The position numbers and the translations under genes are program-made. From positions 67,207 through 131,206 of the forward strand of contig JBALDB010000029.1 in the NCBI GenBank assembly GCA_036918135.1: a DNA stretch of 64,000 bases, in the 5' to 3' direction. Source of the DNA: Nostoc sp. Lineage in GTDB: Bacteria; Cyanobacteriota; Cyanobacteriia; Cyanobacteriales; Nostocaceae. Positions 41,955 through 52,031 of this stretch are shown piece after piece; positions within the stretch are counted from its first letter, which is position 1, and every line of letters begins with the position of its first letter. Below the pieces are notes generated by a model. That model was not told the DNA's origin and searched no databases. It worked only from the letters and a program-made list of their open reading frames with translations.

Positions 41955-44327
41955 ATGACTGCCACATCTCCTGCTCCCTTTTCCCCCGAAGAAATTGCTG
42001 CTGAAGGTATAAAGCCAGAAGAATACGCAGAAATCGTCCGTCGTTTAGAGCGTCATCCCAACAAAGCCGAACTGGGAATGTTTGGGGTAATGTGGTCAGA
42101 GCATTGCTGTTATAAAAATTCTCGACCTTTACTCAAACAGTTTCCTACCGAAGGTCGTCGCATTCTCGTGGGGCCTGGTGAAAATGCTGGTGTTGTAGAT
42201 TTGGGTGACGGACTGCAACTAGCCTTTAAGATTGAATCCCACAATCACCCTTCAGCTGTCGAACCTTTTCAGGGAGCGGCTACAGGAGTAGGAGGTATTC
42301 TCAGGGATATTTTTACAATGGGTGCGCGTCCCATTGCCATCTTAAACTCGTTGCGCTTTGGTTCCTTAGAAGATGTCAAAACTCAAAGGTTATTTACTGG
42401 TGTAGTAGCAGGAATCTCTCATTACGGTAATTGTGTGGGAGTACCCACCGTTGGCGGCGAAGTTTACTTTGACCCTGCTTACTCTGGTAATCCCTTGGTG
42501 AATGTGATGGCGTTGGGGCTAATGGAAACGCCAGAAATCGTTAAATCTGGGGCATCTGGTTTAGGTAATCCTGTATTGTATGTTGGTTCCACCACCGGGC
42601 GCGACGGTATGGGAGGCGCGAGTTTTGCCAGTGCAGAATTAACTCAACAATCAATGGATGACCGTCCTGCGGTGCAAGTGGGCGACCCGTTTTTGGAAAA
42701 GTCGTTAATTGAAGCTTGTCTGGAAGCTTTCAAAACGGGTGCAGTTGTCGCCGCCCAGGATATGGGAGCAGCAGGAATCACCTGTTCGACTTCAGAGATG
42801 GCGGCAAAAGGTGGTGTGGGAATTGAACTGGATTTAGATAAAATTCCCGTGCGGGAGCTAGGAATGGTTCCCTATGAATACCTACTTTCAGAATCTCAAG
42901 AACGGATGCTGTTCGTTGCCCATAAAGGACGCGAGCAGGAGTTAATCAACATTTTTCATCGCTGGGGACTTCATGCTGTTGTCGCTGGTTCAGTGATTGC
43001 TCAACCCATCGTGCGAATTCTCTTTCAGGGTAAGGTAGCAGCAGAAATTCCTGCTGAGGCTTTGGCGGAAAATACCCCGCTTTATCAGCGGGACTTGTTA
43101 ACAGAACCACCAGAATATGCCCGTCAAGCTTGGGAATGGACTGCTGATTCCTTGCCTAGTTGTACAATTGCTGGCATCGAACTCCAAGGACGCCTGCAAA
43201 GTTGGAATGATATTCTTTTAACTTTGCTTGATACACCAGCGATCGCTTCTAAAAGCTGGGTATATCGTCAATATGACCATCAAGTACAAAACAATACCGT
43301 AATTCTACCAGGTGGTGCAGATGCGGCTGTAGTACGCTTACGCCCACTCGAAGAAATCCCCAACCCAAAATTCCCAACCCCAAATCTTAAATCAGCAGTT
43401 GCAGCTACAGTAGATTGCAATTCTCGTTATGTTTATCTCGATCCCTATGAAGGAGCTAAGGCAGTGGTGGCAGAAGCCGCACGCAATCTTAGCTGTGTAG
43501 GTGCAGAACCTCTAGCAGTAACAGATAACCTAAATTTTGGCTCTCCAGAAAAACCAATTGGTTACTGGCAATTGGCAGAAGCTTGTCGCGGTTTGGCAGA
43601 AGGTTGTCGAGAATTGGCAACACCAGTCACAGGTGGAAATGTCTCTTTATACAATGAAACCCTTGATTCCCAAGGCACTCCCCAACCAATTTATCCCACT
43701 CCTGTTGTCGGTATGGTGGGTTTGATTCCCGATTTTACTAAAATTTGTGGTCAAGGTTGGCAAACAGCAGGCGATGTCATTTATCTTCTCGGATTGCCTT
43801 TAGCATCGCAACTCAGTTTGGGAGCATCCGAGTATTTAGCCATCATCCACGGAACTGTTGCCGGAAAACCGCCACAAGTAGATTTTGACTTGGAACGTCG
43901 CGTACAGCTAGTTTGTCGTCACGGAATTCGTAATGGATGGGTACGTTCTGCCCATGATTGTGCCGAGGGGGGAATAGCGATTGCCCTGGCAGAATGTTGC
44001 ATTGCTGGCAACCGTGGTGCCCAAATAAATTTAGAAATAACACCAACACAGTTAAACCGACTAGATGAAGTGCTTTTTGCCGAAGGTGGTGCCAGAATCT
44101 TAGTTTCTATCGCACCAGAACAACAAGAAATTTGGGAATCCTACTTACAAGAACATCTGGCTCAATATTGGCAAAAACTAGGTATAGTTGGTAATTCCGA
44201 CACTGATTTGGGGGTTTTAACCACTGACAACCAAGCCTTAATAAAAGTTAATATTGAACAGATGAACGCTTGTTATTCTCAGGCGATCGTTAGGCGTCTT
44301 GCCCTTCAAACCACTACTCCTAGTTGA
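41955..44327 (+). CDS. purL: Phosphoribosylformylglycinamidine synthase subunit PurL
   Basis: [30 protein letters not shown]. Confidence 0.98.
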   Translation: MTATSPAPFSPEEIAAEGIKPEEYAEIVRRLERHPNKAELGMFGVMWSEHCCYKNSRPLLKQFPTEGRRILVGPGENAGVVDLGDGLQLAFKIESHNHPSAVEPFQGAATGVGGILRDIFTMGARPIAILNSLRFGSLEDVKTQRLFTGVVAGISHYGNCVGVPTVGGEVYFDPAYSGNPLVNVMALGLMETPEIVKSGASGLGNPVLYVGSTTGRDGMGGASFASAELTQQSMDDRPAVQVGDPFLEKSLIEACLEAFKTGAVVAAQDMGAAGITCSTSEMAAKGGVGIELDLDKIPVRELGMVPYEYLLSESQERMLFVAHKGREQELINIFHRWGLHAVVAGSVIAQPIVRILFQGKVAAEIPAEALAENTPLYQRDLLTEPPEYARQAWEWTADSLPSCTIAGIELQGRLQSWNDILLTLLDTPAIASKSWVYRQYDHQVQNNTVILPGGADAAVVRLRPLEEIPNPKFPTPNLKSAVAATVDCNSRYVYLDPYEGAKAVVAEAARNLSCVGAEPLAVTDNLNFGSPEKPIGYWQLAEACRGLAEGCRELATPVTGGNVSLYNETLDSQGTPQPIYPTPVVGMVGLIPDFTKICGQGWQTAGDVIYLLGLPLASQLSLGASEYLAIIHGTVAGKPPQVDFDLERRVQLVCRHGIRNGWVRSAHDCAEGGIAIALAECCIAGNRGAQINLEITPTQLNRLDEVLFAEGGARILVSIAPEQQEIWESYLQEHLAQYWQKLGIVGNSDTDLGVLTTDNQALIKVNIEQMNACYSQAIVRRLALQTTTPS

Positions 44328-44764
44328 GAAGTGAGGAGTTGAGAGTCAGGAGTTAAGAAAAAAGAGCATAACTCCTGACTTCTAAGTGTTAAATTATTAA
44401 ACTTTGTGAACAAAATTACGGTACTGTTTTAATGGATGGTTAAAGATTTATTAAGAATTCTGCGACTATCTATCGATATAATCCCAGTCACTCGATCGCC
44501 AAATTCTAGATTTTGGATTTGAGATTTTGCATCAAGTCTGAGCCTCAGTTTCTGCGGAACAGAACTTTCTAAGACGGATTGGGAGTACTTTTTCTGGTTC
44601 ATGTATCATCCGTCTTTAGTAGGTTAAACAAATCTCAAATTATCAAGCCGCATTCGTTCTAGGGTGCGGTCAATCCAAAAGACACTTAAAGATAGGGCTT
44701 AGGTACGCTATCTAGAAATTTAAAATCCAACATTGATTGACCCCCCATCAGGAGCAAAGCTAGC

Positions 44765-46270
44765 ATGATTTCTATTCATTCTGTCACTTCGGATGAATAC
44801 CCCAACCAGACCAACAAACCAATCGATAGTTATGAAAATCATCCCGACAAGCCAGAAGAAGCTTGCGGTGTTTTTGGTGTTTACGCACCAGGAGAAAACG
44901 TTGCTAAACTAAGCTATTTTGGATTGTATGCCCTCCAGCACCGGGGTCAAGAATCAGCTGGTATTGCTACCTTTGAGGGTACGAAAGTCCACCTCCACAA
45001 AGATATGGGCTTAGTATCTCAAGTCTTCAACGAATCGATTTTGGAACAGTTACCTGGTAGCCTTGCTGTTGGTCACACTCGTTATTCCACTACAGGTTCT
45101 AGCCGCAAAGTTAATGCTCAACCTGCTGTGATTGAAACTCGCTTAGGTTCATTAGCTCTAGCACATAATGGTAATTTAGTCAATACAGTGCAATTGCGCC
45201 AAGAGTTGCTGGAAAACAAATACAACTTAATCACGACAACAGATTCAGAAATGATTGCTTTTGCGATCGCCCAAGCCATCAGTACAGGTGCAGATTGGCT
45301 AGAAGGTGCAATTAAGGCGTTTCATCGTTGCCAAGGAGCCTTTAGTTTAGTTATTGGCACACCCAATGGTCTAATGGGTGTCCGCGACCCCAACGGTATT
45401 CGCCCTTTGGTCATCGGCACTTTGCCAGGTAATCCCATACGTTACGTTTTGGCTTCCGAGACTTGTGGTTTAGACATCATTGGAGCCGAATACCTGCGGG
45501 ATGTAGAACCTGGTGAATTAGTTTGGATTACCGAAGAAGGTTTGGCTTCCTATCACTGGAGTCAACAGCCCCAGCGCAAATTGTGCGTCTTTGAAATGAT
45601 TTACTTTGCCCGTCCTGATAGCATTATGCACAACGAAAGTTTATACAGCTACCGGATGCGCTTAGGACGGCAACTAGCTAAAGAATCTTCTGTAGATGCC
45701 GATATTGTCTTCGGTGTTCCTGATTCAGGTATCCCTGCTGCCATTGGATTTTCTCAAGTTTCTGGTGTCACTTACATGGAAGGACTGATTAAAAATCGCT
45801 ACGTCGGGCGAACCTTTATTCAACCAACCCAAACCATGCGTGAATCGGGCATCCGCATGAAACTCAACCCTCTTAAAGATGTGCTACTTGGTAAAAGAGC
45901 GATCATCGTAGACGACTCGATTGTGCGCGGTACTACTAGCCGGAAACTGGTAAAAACTTTGCGTGAGGCGGGTGCAGTGGAAGTACATATGCGAATTTCT
46001 TCTCCGCCAGTCACTCACCCTTGTTTTTATGGCATCGATACCGATTCTCAAGACCAGCTAATTGCTGCCACCAAATCAGTAGAAGAAATTGCTAAGCAAC
46101 TCGAAGTAGATAGCCTTGCTTATCTCAGTTGGGAGGGAATGCTAACAGCAACAGGAGAAGACACTAACAGTTTTTGTTCTGCCTGCTTTACTGGAGATTA
46201 TCCAGTGGCGATTCCCGAACAAGTGAAGCGTTCTAAGTTGATTTTGGAGAAAGAAAAGGTAGTGGTGTAG
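44765..46270 (+). CDS. purF: Amidophosphoribosyltransferase
   Basis: EEACGVFG, QHRGQESAG, VDDSIVRGTT. Confidence 0.98.
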   Translation: MISIHSVTSDEYPNQTNKPIDSYENHPDKPEEACGVFGVYAPGENVAKLSYFGLYALQHRGQESAGIATFEGTKVHLHKDMGLVSQVFNESILEQLPGSLAVGHTRYSTTGSSRKVNAQPAVIETRLGSLALAHNGNLVNTVQLRQELLENKYNLITTTDSEMIAFAIAQAISTGADWLEGAIKAFHRCQGAFSLVIGTPNGLMGVRDPNGIRPLVIGTLPGNPIRYVLASETCGLDIIGAEYLRDVEPGELVWITEEGLASYHWSQQPQRKLCVFEMIYFARPDSIMHNESLYSYRMRLGRQLAKESSVDADIVFGVPDSGIPAAIGFSQVSGVTYMEGLIKNRYVGRTFIQPTQTMRESGIRMKLNPLKDVLLGKRAIIVDDSIVRGTTSRKLVKTLREAGAVEVHMRISSPPVTHPCFYGIDTDSQDQLIAATKSVEEIAKQLEVDSLAYLSWEGMLTATGEDTNSFCSACFTGDYPVAIPEQVKRSKLILEKEKVVV

Positions 46271-46273
46271 GCA

Positions 46274-46460
46274 TTGGGGATTGGGGATGAGGGAGATGAG
46301 GGGATAGGGAAGTGTGGGGAGATGGGGGAGTGTGGAGAGTGTGGGGAGAGAGGGGGGCAAGATTTCTTCCCCATCCTCCCTATCCTCCTTTTCCTCCCAC
46401 ACCTGCATTTGTTCCCCATGCTCCCACACCTCCCACACTCCCTGTATGCCCAATGACCCA
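46274..46460. repeat. Purine-rich/pyrimidine-rich inverted short-repeat block
   Basis: GGGGAGTGT-like units followed by complementary CTCCCACAC-like units. Confidence 0.65.
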
Positions 46461-46507
46461 TACCGACTCTGGCTAAAATAGGTAAATACCTTAACAAATA
46501 ATAATTT

Positions 46508-47074
46508 ATGAACCAGCCGATATCTGAGAGAGTGCGCTGGACTACCGCCGACTTAGAGTTATTTCCGGATAACGGGAACCGCTATGAAATTATCGACGGG
46601 GAATTGTTTGTGACTAGAGCGCCTCACTGGAATCATCAAAAAGCCTGTGCAAGAATTATTGCTCCTTTGGATACCTGGTCACAAGCTACTTTATTGGGCC
46701 AGGTTGTACCTGCTCCAGGAGTGATTTTTGGGGAGAATGATAATGTGATTCCTGATGTTGTCTGGGTTAGTAATGAGAGATTGCCTCTAATTTTAGACCA
46801 GGCGGGGCATTTAACTGGTGCGCCAGAACTAGTGGTAGAGGTGCTATCTCTTGGTAGTGAGAACGAAAAGCGGGACAAGGAACTTAAACTAAAGCTCTAC
46901 TCTTTACGGGGGGTGAGAGAATATTGGATTGTGGATTGGCACAAACAACAAGTGGAAGTTTATCGGCGCGAACAAGGGAGTTTAAAGTTAATTGCTACCT
47001 TGTTCAATGGTGATGAGTTAAGTTCACCGATATTGCCTAATTTTACTTGTGCGATCGCGCCGTTATTTACTTAA
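46508..47074 (+). CDS. Uma2 family endonuclease
   Basis: YEIIDGEL, PDVVW, PELVVEVLS, K.KLY...GVREYWIVD. Confidence 0.92.
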   Translation: MNQPISERVRWTTADLELFPDNGNRYEIIDGELFVTRAPHWNHQKACARIIAPLDTWSQATLLGQVVPAPGVIFGENDNVIPDVVWVSNERLPLILDQAGHLTGAPELVVEVLSLGSENEKRDKELKLKLYSLRGVREYWIVDWHKQQVEVYRREQGSLKLIATLFNGDELSSPILPNFTCAIAPLFT

Positions 47075-47270
47075 TATATTCCTTGTTTTTTTTTGAAATT
47101 CAGCGTGCAAAGGTGACTAGACAAAAACTCCCGCTTATGCTGATGGACAAATTGCAGCGATCGCAAAAATTAATGCTCTCATTTTGGTAACAAAAAATAT
47201 TTCAAACTATACCAATTTTCCAGAACTTGAACTAGATAACTGGTTTTCCTCAAGATGGAAGAAGTAGTTT

Positions 47271-47552
47271 TCAACTATGCTGTAAAAACTCAACTTTGGG
47301 CAATAACGGGTCAGTTACAATGCCCACACCACTAAAACCCCAGCGTTTGAGCAAACTTCCCAACTGTGTACCAGGAATCGATTCTATCGCAAACCGATTT
47401 GCTACTTCTGCTGCATGGGTGTTGAGATAACTAAGAGCATCAAAGTTTTCTCGAAACAATAGCAGATAACCTGATGCATCTGCATTGGGACGAGCTGTCA
47501 GGTAACGACCATCACTTTTTGAGCGCACCAGGTAATAGACTTCGGACAACAT
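47271..47552 (-). CDS. Conserved hypothetical protein
   Basis: ATG at 47552 (MLSEVYYLVRS...); the longer ORF runs through repeat DNA. Confidence 0.7.
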   Translation of the reverse strand: MLSEVYYLVRSKSDGRYLTARPNADASGYLLLFRENFDALSYLNTHAAEVANRFAIESIPGTQLGSLLKRWGFSGVGIVTDPLLPKVEFLQHS

Positions 47553-47739
47553 GGAAGGAGTGGGGAGTGAGGGAGATGTGGTTGACTTAGCGGTAGTTGA
47601 ATCTCGACTTCGCTCGATTTTTGCGTAGTCAAAACTCACCAACGCGAGATGAGGGGGATGAGGGAGTGTGGAAAGATAGGGTGACATCAGGACAACTTGC
47701 TCAATGCTCACCCAATGACCAATGACTAATGACTAATAA

Positions 47740-48789
47740 CTAATTTAGATTTTCCAAACGAATACGTGGATCGGCAACTTTAAGCATTAAGTCAGCAATT
47801 AAATTACCAATAATTAGCAAAACTGCACTCATCACTAAACTGGCCATGACTAAATATAAATCTTGAGCCATTACAGCTTGTAAAGTCAATCTTCCCAAAC
47901 CAGGCCAGTTGAAGAATTGTTCGGCAATGAATGCACCGCTTAATAAACTAGCTAACTCGAAACCCAATAGAGTAATTAGAGGGTTGATGGCGTTGCGGAG
48001 AGCGTGAACATATATTACTCGGTTTTCTGGCAGTCCTTTAGCGCGAGCTGTTTGGATGTAATCTTGGCGCAGAACATCTAATAATTCACCGCGAGTGATG
48101 CGTTGTAAACCAGCAAAACTAGTAATCGAGAGAGCTATGGTTGGTAAAATCATGTGCCAGCCAACATCAAGGATTTTACCAAACCAATTGAGTTCCGAGT
48201 GATTGATGCTAGTCATATCACCTACCGGAAACAATGGCGAGGTGACTTGAGCAAAGAAAAGCAGCACTAAAACAGTGATGAAACTGGGAAATCCTTGTCC
48301 TGCGTAACTAACAACTTGTAAAATGCGGTCAGCCCAACGATTTTGCTTGATGGCAGCGATAATGCCCAAGGGAATGGCGATCGCCCACGTTACAATCAAA
48401 GAAGCGATCGCTAACAGCAAGGTTGCGGGAACGCGTTCCCACAATAGTGATACTACTGAGCGTTTATAGGAAAAACTCGGCCCAAAATCGCCTTTGGACA
48501 CAATATTCCACAACCAAAACCAATATTGTTCTACCCACGACTTATCCAAGCCCCAAAATTTCCGTAAGGCGTTAATTTGGTCTCTAGATTTTTTTGGATC
48601 TGCTTCTAATTGCGTGACAAAATCTCCTGGAGCAAGTTGCATAACCAGAAACGATAGTGCTGAAGCCAAAAATAAAGTTAGCAAAGCTTGCAATAACCGC
48701 TTGATTATGTATATAAAAGTTTCACTCGTGACTAGCCTAATCAGCCAATCCCAACCCGTTGTTAAAGAAATTTTTGTTGTAGATGTCAT
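47740..48789 (-). CDS. Oligopeptide/dipeptide ABC transporter permease (OppB/DppB-like)
   Basis: KRLLQ, GDFG.S, DYIQTARAKGL, HALRNA. Confidence 0.92.
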   Translation of the reverse strand: MTSTTKISLTTGWDWLIRLVTSETFIYIIKRLLQALLTLFLASALSFLVMQLAPGDFVTQLEADPKKSRDQINALRKFWGLDKSWVEQYWFWLWNIVSKGDFGPSFSYKRSVVSLLWERVPATLLLAIASLIVTWAIAIPLGIIAAIKQNRWADRILQVVSYAGQGFPSFITVLVLLFFAQVTSPLFPVGDMTSINHSELNWFGKILDVGWHMILPTIALSITSFAGLQRITRGELLDVLRQDYIQTARAKGLPENRVIYVHALRNAINPLITLLGFELASLLSGAFIAEQFFNWPGLGRLTLQAVMAQDLYLVMASLVMSAVLLIIGNLIADLMLKVADPRIRLENLN

Positions 48790-48907
48790 AACATTTTGCT
48801 AGTTATTGGTGTCAGTTGGATTATTCTTTATAGCCACTGACAAAAGAAGCAGGAAAGCTAGAGAAAGATGAGGGAGAGAAATAATCAATAACAAACGACA
48901 AATAATA

Positions 48908-49426
48908 TTAATATTCGACTAAAGTAATAATCGGCACATTTGGTAAATGTTTGCGCCCTTCTAAATCTCGTAACTCGATAATAAACGCAAACCCTATTAG
49001 ATTGCAGCCAATCTTCTGCACCAAGTTTGCTGTTGCACTTGCAGTTCCACCAGTGGCAATTAAATCGTCCACAATTAAAACTCGGCTACCTTCGTGTAAA
49101 GCATCTTGATGTACTTCTAAGCAGTCTATACCATACTCTAATTGATACTCAATTGAGTGAACTGCTGATGGTAACTTACCTTTTTTGCGAACAGGAATAA
49201 AACCAGCTCCTAATTTATAAGCTAGAGGTGAGCCAAAAATAAATCCCCTCGACTCCATACCAATAACATAATCCACACTCATCTCAGCTTCAATGCATTT
49301 TTGTGTTAAAAAGTCAATAGTATAGCGTAGTCCTTCAGGGTCGCGCAGCAGCGTAGTAATATCCCGAAATAAAATTCCGGGTTTGGGAAAATCTGGGATG
49401 TCACGAATTAGAGACTTCAAATCCAT
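48908..49426 (-). CDS. apt: Adenine phosphoribosyltransferase
   Basis: [29 protein letters not shown]. Confidence 0.97.
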   Translation of the reverse strand: MDLKSLIRDIPDFPKPGILFRDITTLLRDPEGLRYTIDFLTQKCIEAEMSVDYVIGMESRGFIFGSPLAYKLGAGFIPVRKKGKLPSAVHSIEYQLEYGIDCLEVHQDALHEGSRVLIVDDLIATGGTASATANLVQKIGCNLIGFAFIIELRDLEGRKHLPNVPIITLVEY

Positions 49427-49858
49427 AAAATGGGGTTAAGGGGTTAGGGATTAAAGATTAGGGACTGGGATTAGGAAAGTAAGGAGTCGATACTGAGGAG
49501 TTATGAATTTAAATTCCTAACTATCCCAGTCCCTAGTCCCCAGTCCCCAATACCAGATACCTGAAAAATCGTACACTATAATGTCATACGCCAGGGTGGA
49601 GGCTGAAGCTTGACCCTTGATTGACGATAATTAGAATCTAAATCAAGCTAGAAAAGGTATAGCACTAATAAAAGAGGTGAATTAAGTTATGTTTTAAACT
49701 TTTGAATTCAATATAGGGAATCCTTTGAGTAGAAACAGTTAAGTAATGTATATATCAGGTAGTCATAACTGCTGTTATAAGTCTAATGTTCAAGTCTTGG
49801 CTAGTTATCTTAAATTTGTTTTACCTAGTCTGTCACAAGCGCACAAGGTATCTATAGA

Positions 49859-50485
49859 ATGAATGTTTCCGCAAGTTTAACGCCGTTGAAAAGTCCAACT
49901 CAAGATTCACTGCCGATGATTCTGGACACTTTACCAGATCCGGCAATCGCCGGACAAACATGTCCTCGCAGAACCCGGTTGCAAATTGACCTCATTTTAC
50001 TCGCTATTGAAGCTTTAGAGCTTGGTGGTTCTGAAGCAATCTTGGCTTTCGCTCAAGAGTTGGATCTCAAAGGAATTGTCAAAGATAGAGTGAATTTATG
50101 GCGGATGCGTAGCTCTAACCCACTACGCAGAGCACACATCCGCCGCCCTCTAACTGTTATGGAAGCCAAAGCTTTGGTAGTTATTGCTTGTTATATCGCA
50201 CGGCGTTTAACTGTCGTCATCCGCCAGTTATTAATGATATGCCAACAAATGGAAGAAAAGCAGATTCCTTTAGAACAGAATTTGCGCTTATCTAATTACC
50301 TAGAGCGGTTTAGAGCGCATTTTAAGAGCCGGATGAATGCTCGACGCTCTGGGTCACTAGCATTAAGTTCCGATCGAAAGTTAGATGAACTAGCGATAAA
50401 TTTGTTAGGACAATTACTATTTTGCACTGGCACGGCTGGAATGCAGCGGTTCTGGATTAGTCTTTTTGACGGTGAGGTGGAATGA
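49859..50485 (+). CDS. DUF3038-like cyanobacterial protein
   Basis: IDLILLAIEAL, LWRMRSSNPLR, GMQRFWISLFDG. Confidence 0.75.
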   Translation: MNVSASLTPLKSPTQDSLPMILDTLPDPAIAGQTCPRRTRLQIDLILLAIEALELGGSEAILAFAQELDLKGIVKDRVNLWRMRSSNPLRRAHIRRPLTVMEAKALVVIACYIARRLTVVIRQLLMICQQMEEKQIPLEQNLRLSNYLERFRAHFKSRMNARRSGSLALSSDRKLDELAINLLGQLLFCTGTAGMQRFWISLFDGEVE

Positions 50486-51930
50486 ATATTCAACGTAAGT
50501 ACAGTTTGCCTAATTGTACACTGCTTTTAGAAGGGTTAAGTGATGTCACTAGGGCTGCACAGTTCCAAGAACTGCGACCGGAATTATCAATATTGGTAAA
50601 TGCAGAATGCTATATATCTGGATATAATCAGCCTTTAACCGGAGGGCGGGAGTTTTTTGAAAGTTTAGTCAGGGCAGTTAGTGGCTATGCCCAAGAATTT
50701 TTAAGTAATGTACCTAACCCGCAAGCGCACAACCAGGAGTCGGAGCTAGTAGAGTTTCAAAAAGTTGACAGCAACCGACATAAATTAATTGTGCATTCAG
50801 AAGGCGCACCAGAGGGTTTCGAGTCTCGCTCAAGCAATTCTAAACGTCCACCGATTGAAATAGATTTGAGTACTGTGCAGTTGTTTGATTTGGTGGAAGC
50901 AGTAGATCAGTTTTTTGCCGATACTCAAACTTTACCAGAACTTTCCTTAGAACTACAACCAGTTACCAGACGCTATGGCGGTGCTAGTCAAGCCTTGATT
51001 AATCAGGCAGTTCCCGCAGCTGTAGGAGTATCTAGTTTAGCAGTAGCAGCGATCGCTTTTAACTTGATTCCACCTCCGCAAATACGTCCACCACAGCCCA
51101 AGCCAAACGAGCAAACCACCTCAACCATCCAAAACCGGACTCCACCATCAACTGCTGCAATTCCCACATCAGCTGCAACACCAATAGCTGCTGCAACTCC
51201 CACCCCAACACCTACAACTAGTAGCAAGCCAGCAGTTAAAGATTTAGAAGCACTTTTAAATACAGTTCCAGAAATTACGGATCCATCCCAGCTGCGTGCA
51301 TTAAATCGCCAAGTATACAATCAAATTCATCCAGCTTGGACTAATCGCTCAGGATTCCAACAGGATTTAATTTATCGTTTAGGTGTAGCTGGGGATGGAG
51401 CGATCGTTGGTTATAAAGCAGTGAATAAAGAAGCGAATCAAGGAGTAGGGCAAACTCCCCTACCTAACCTACTTTACAATCCAGCTAATCGCGCTCCCAT
51501 CTCCAATGAACCGATCGCTCAATTTCGAGTAGTATTTACCACAGGAGGCGTGCTACAAGTAAGTCCTTGGCGGGGATATGCTAGAACACCAGAGGTAGTG
51601 GGTGCAAAAATTACTGACTCTAATATAATCAAAAGTTTAAATCAAAAACTTTATAATACAGTTCGTCAAGCTTGGAGTGGCACCCCCACTTTTACACGAG
51701 ATTTGAAATATCGGGTAGCAGTCAACAAAGATGCTGTAATTGCTGACTATGAACCACTTAACCAAGTTGCCTTTGACTATTTCCGGGAAACACCCCTTCC
51801 CCAAATGTTCAACGCTATCTACGGTTCCAATGTCGCAGCTCCGAATAACAAAGAACCCCTTGCTCACTTTCAAGTGATATTTAAACCTAATCACAAATTA
51901 GAAATCACTCCTTGGCAGGGGTATCAGTAA
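50482..51930 (+). CDS. DUF4335-like cyanobacterial membrane protein
   Basis: YSLPNCTLLLEG, QLFDLVEAVDQF, one hydrophobic segment, two repeated C-terminal domains; ATGA overlap. Confidence 0.75.
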   Translation: MNIQRKYSLPNCTLLLEGLSDVTRAAQFQELRPELSILVNAECYISGYNQPLTGGREFFESLVRAVSGYAQEFLSNVPNPQAHNQESELVEFQKVDSNRHKLIVHSEGAPEGFESRSSNSKRPPIEIDLSTVQLFDLVEAVDQFFADTQTLPELSLELQPVTRRYGGASQALINQAVPAAVGVSSLAVAAIAFNLIPPPQIRPPQPKPNEQTTSTIQNRTPPSTAAIPTSAATPIAAATPTPTPTTSSKPAVKDLEALLNTVPEITDPSQLRALNRQVYNQIHPAWTNRSGFQQDLIYRLGVAGDGAIVGYKAVNKEANQGVGQTPLPNLLYNPANRAPISNEPIAQFRVVFTTGGVLQVSPWRGYARTPEVVGAKITDSNIIKSLNQKLYNTVRQAWSGTPTFTRDLKYRVAVNKDAVIADYEPLNQVAFDYFRETPLPQMFNAIYGSNVAAPNNKEPLAHFQVIFKPNHKLEITPWQGYQ

Positions 51931-52031
51931 TTAGGAATAGGGCATTGAGTATGGAGCGTGGGGAGTGTGCATCCTCCCACACCTCCAAAACCTCCAAAAC
52001 CTCCCACACTTCGTGTTTACCCAATGCCCAT

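Noticed and set aside
46142..46497. Small ORFs after purF
   Set aside because: Translations of intergenic short repeats
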